NCBI RefSeq assembly: GCF_035084215.1
Contig: NC_090364.1
Span: 4,650,001-4,714,000, forward strand
Direction: 5' to 3'
DNA: 64,000 nucleotides
From: Heptranchias perlo
Lineage: Eukaryota
Within the stretch, counting starts at the first letter, position 1; every line of letters begins with the position of its first letter. A program made the translations under genes and the position numbers. The notes below the pieces were generated by a model. It did no database searches. It was not told the DNA's origin and saw nothing but the letters and a program-made list of their open reading frames with translations. Positions 63,111-64,000 of the stretch are shown here, piece by piece.

Positions 63111-64000
63111 ATATAAAGATATTAACATGGACTGACTGAAGACGGCAATTCTATCACACCCAGTACAAGTCACAAGTTCCTAAATTTCACTTGGAAACAC
63201 TGGATAATTACAGCTACAGCATCAACATTTGAATCCATTCATAGGGGTGAAGATAAATGGAGAACCAATAGGATTTGGAAAGGATGATTACAATTTGGTA
63301 TGGAACACACAATAGGACTATAGGCAAATCGACACATTTATGGAGGAGCTGATTGTATTGTGTTTATGAATTGATGGCATTGGGATGTGGAGTTTCAGGC
63401 AAAAGATCTATTTAACTTGGTTTAAATGAAATGGTGATCCTGTAGAATTTAGAATTGTAATCTAGTATTAACTGCACAATGGGATAAATACAAATTGATA
63501 GATTTATGGATGAGCTGCTTATATTGGGTTTATGAATTGATGGAACAGTAGTGGTATGGAAGAGTTTAGGAGCCTTATCTATTCAACTTAATGGTTCAAC
63601 TTAGTTGTTTAGTGCATTTACTACAGCTCCCAGAAGGAAGATTTTGTTTGCTGGAGTTTAGTTCGAGGTATTCTTTCTGTACCATACCCAATTTATTATT
63701 CATGGGGTTGATTAACAGGGGGGGGGGGGGCAGAAGATGAAAATAAAGGGAAATAGACAAACAGGGAACCTGCACGCCCCCATATGAGACCTATTTGACT
63801 CCAAACAGTTTATTAGGAGTAATTTCATAAGCTACCCCAACTACCTACTGAGGTCTGTAGCATCTTTGAAAAAAACCATCTGGATTGCTCTTCCCCAGGC
63901 AGATACTATTCTTAAAAAAATTGCCTATTGGACTGAAATTACTAGTTCACTTTCCTTGTGTTTTATTGGAACAAAATGTTACAGCAGCTGATTTTGCATC

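Overview
Vertebrate genomic DNA, most likely a shark or other elasmobranch, inferred from the repeat content (DeuSINE/SacSINE1-like SINEs, CR1 tails, Tx1 and Penelope-type elements). Almost the whole window is a head-to-tail tandem array of 12 four-exon ferritin genes (H/M-type, 173-177 aa). All lie on the minus strand at about 5 kb spacing, with open reading frames and GT-AG introns. Main points: (1) Three copies (1, 6, 10) form an exon-2 lineage that has lost the bridging ferroxidase ligand (E62K+H65D or E62N, human H numbering), resembling non-catalytic L chains, and are interspersed with nine copies with intact ligands. (2) No copy has a canonical 5'UTR iron-responsive element; nine share a near-invariant ~270-bp upstream block with NF-kB-, C/EBP- and STAT-like motifs. 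(3) Exons are homogenised while introns are mosaic. (4) Tx1-like retrotransposon 3' ends recur at the same promoter-proximal spot. (5) A 660-bp Penelope-type palindrome carries two minimal hammerhead ribozymes. All comparisons were made by eye; no database search was possible.
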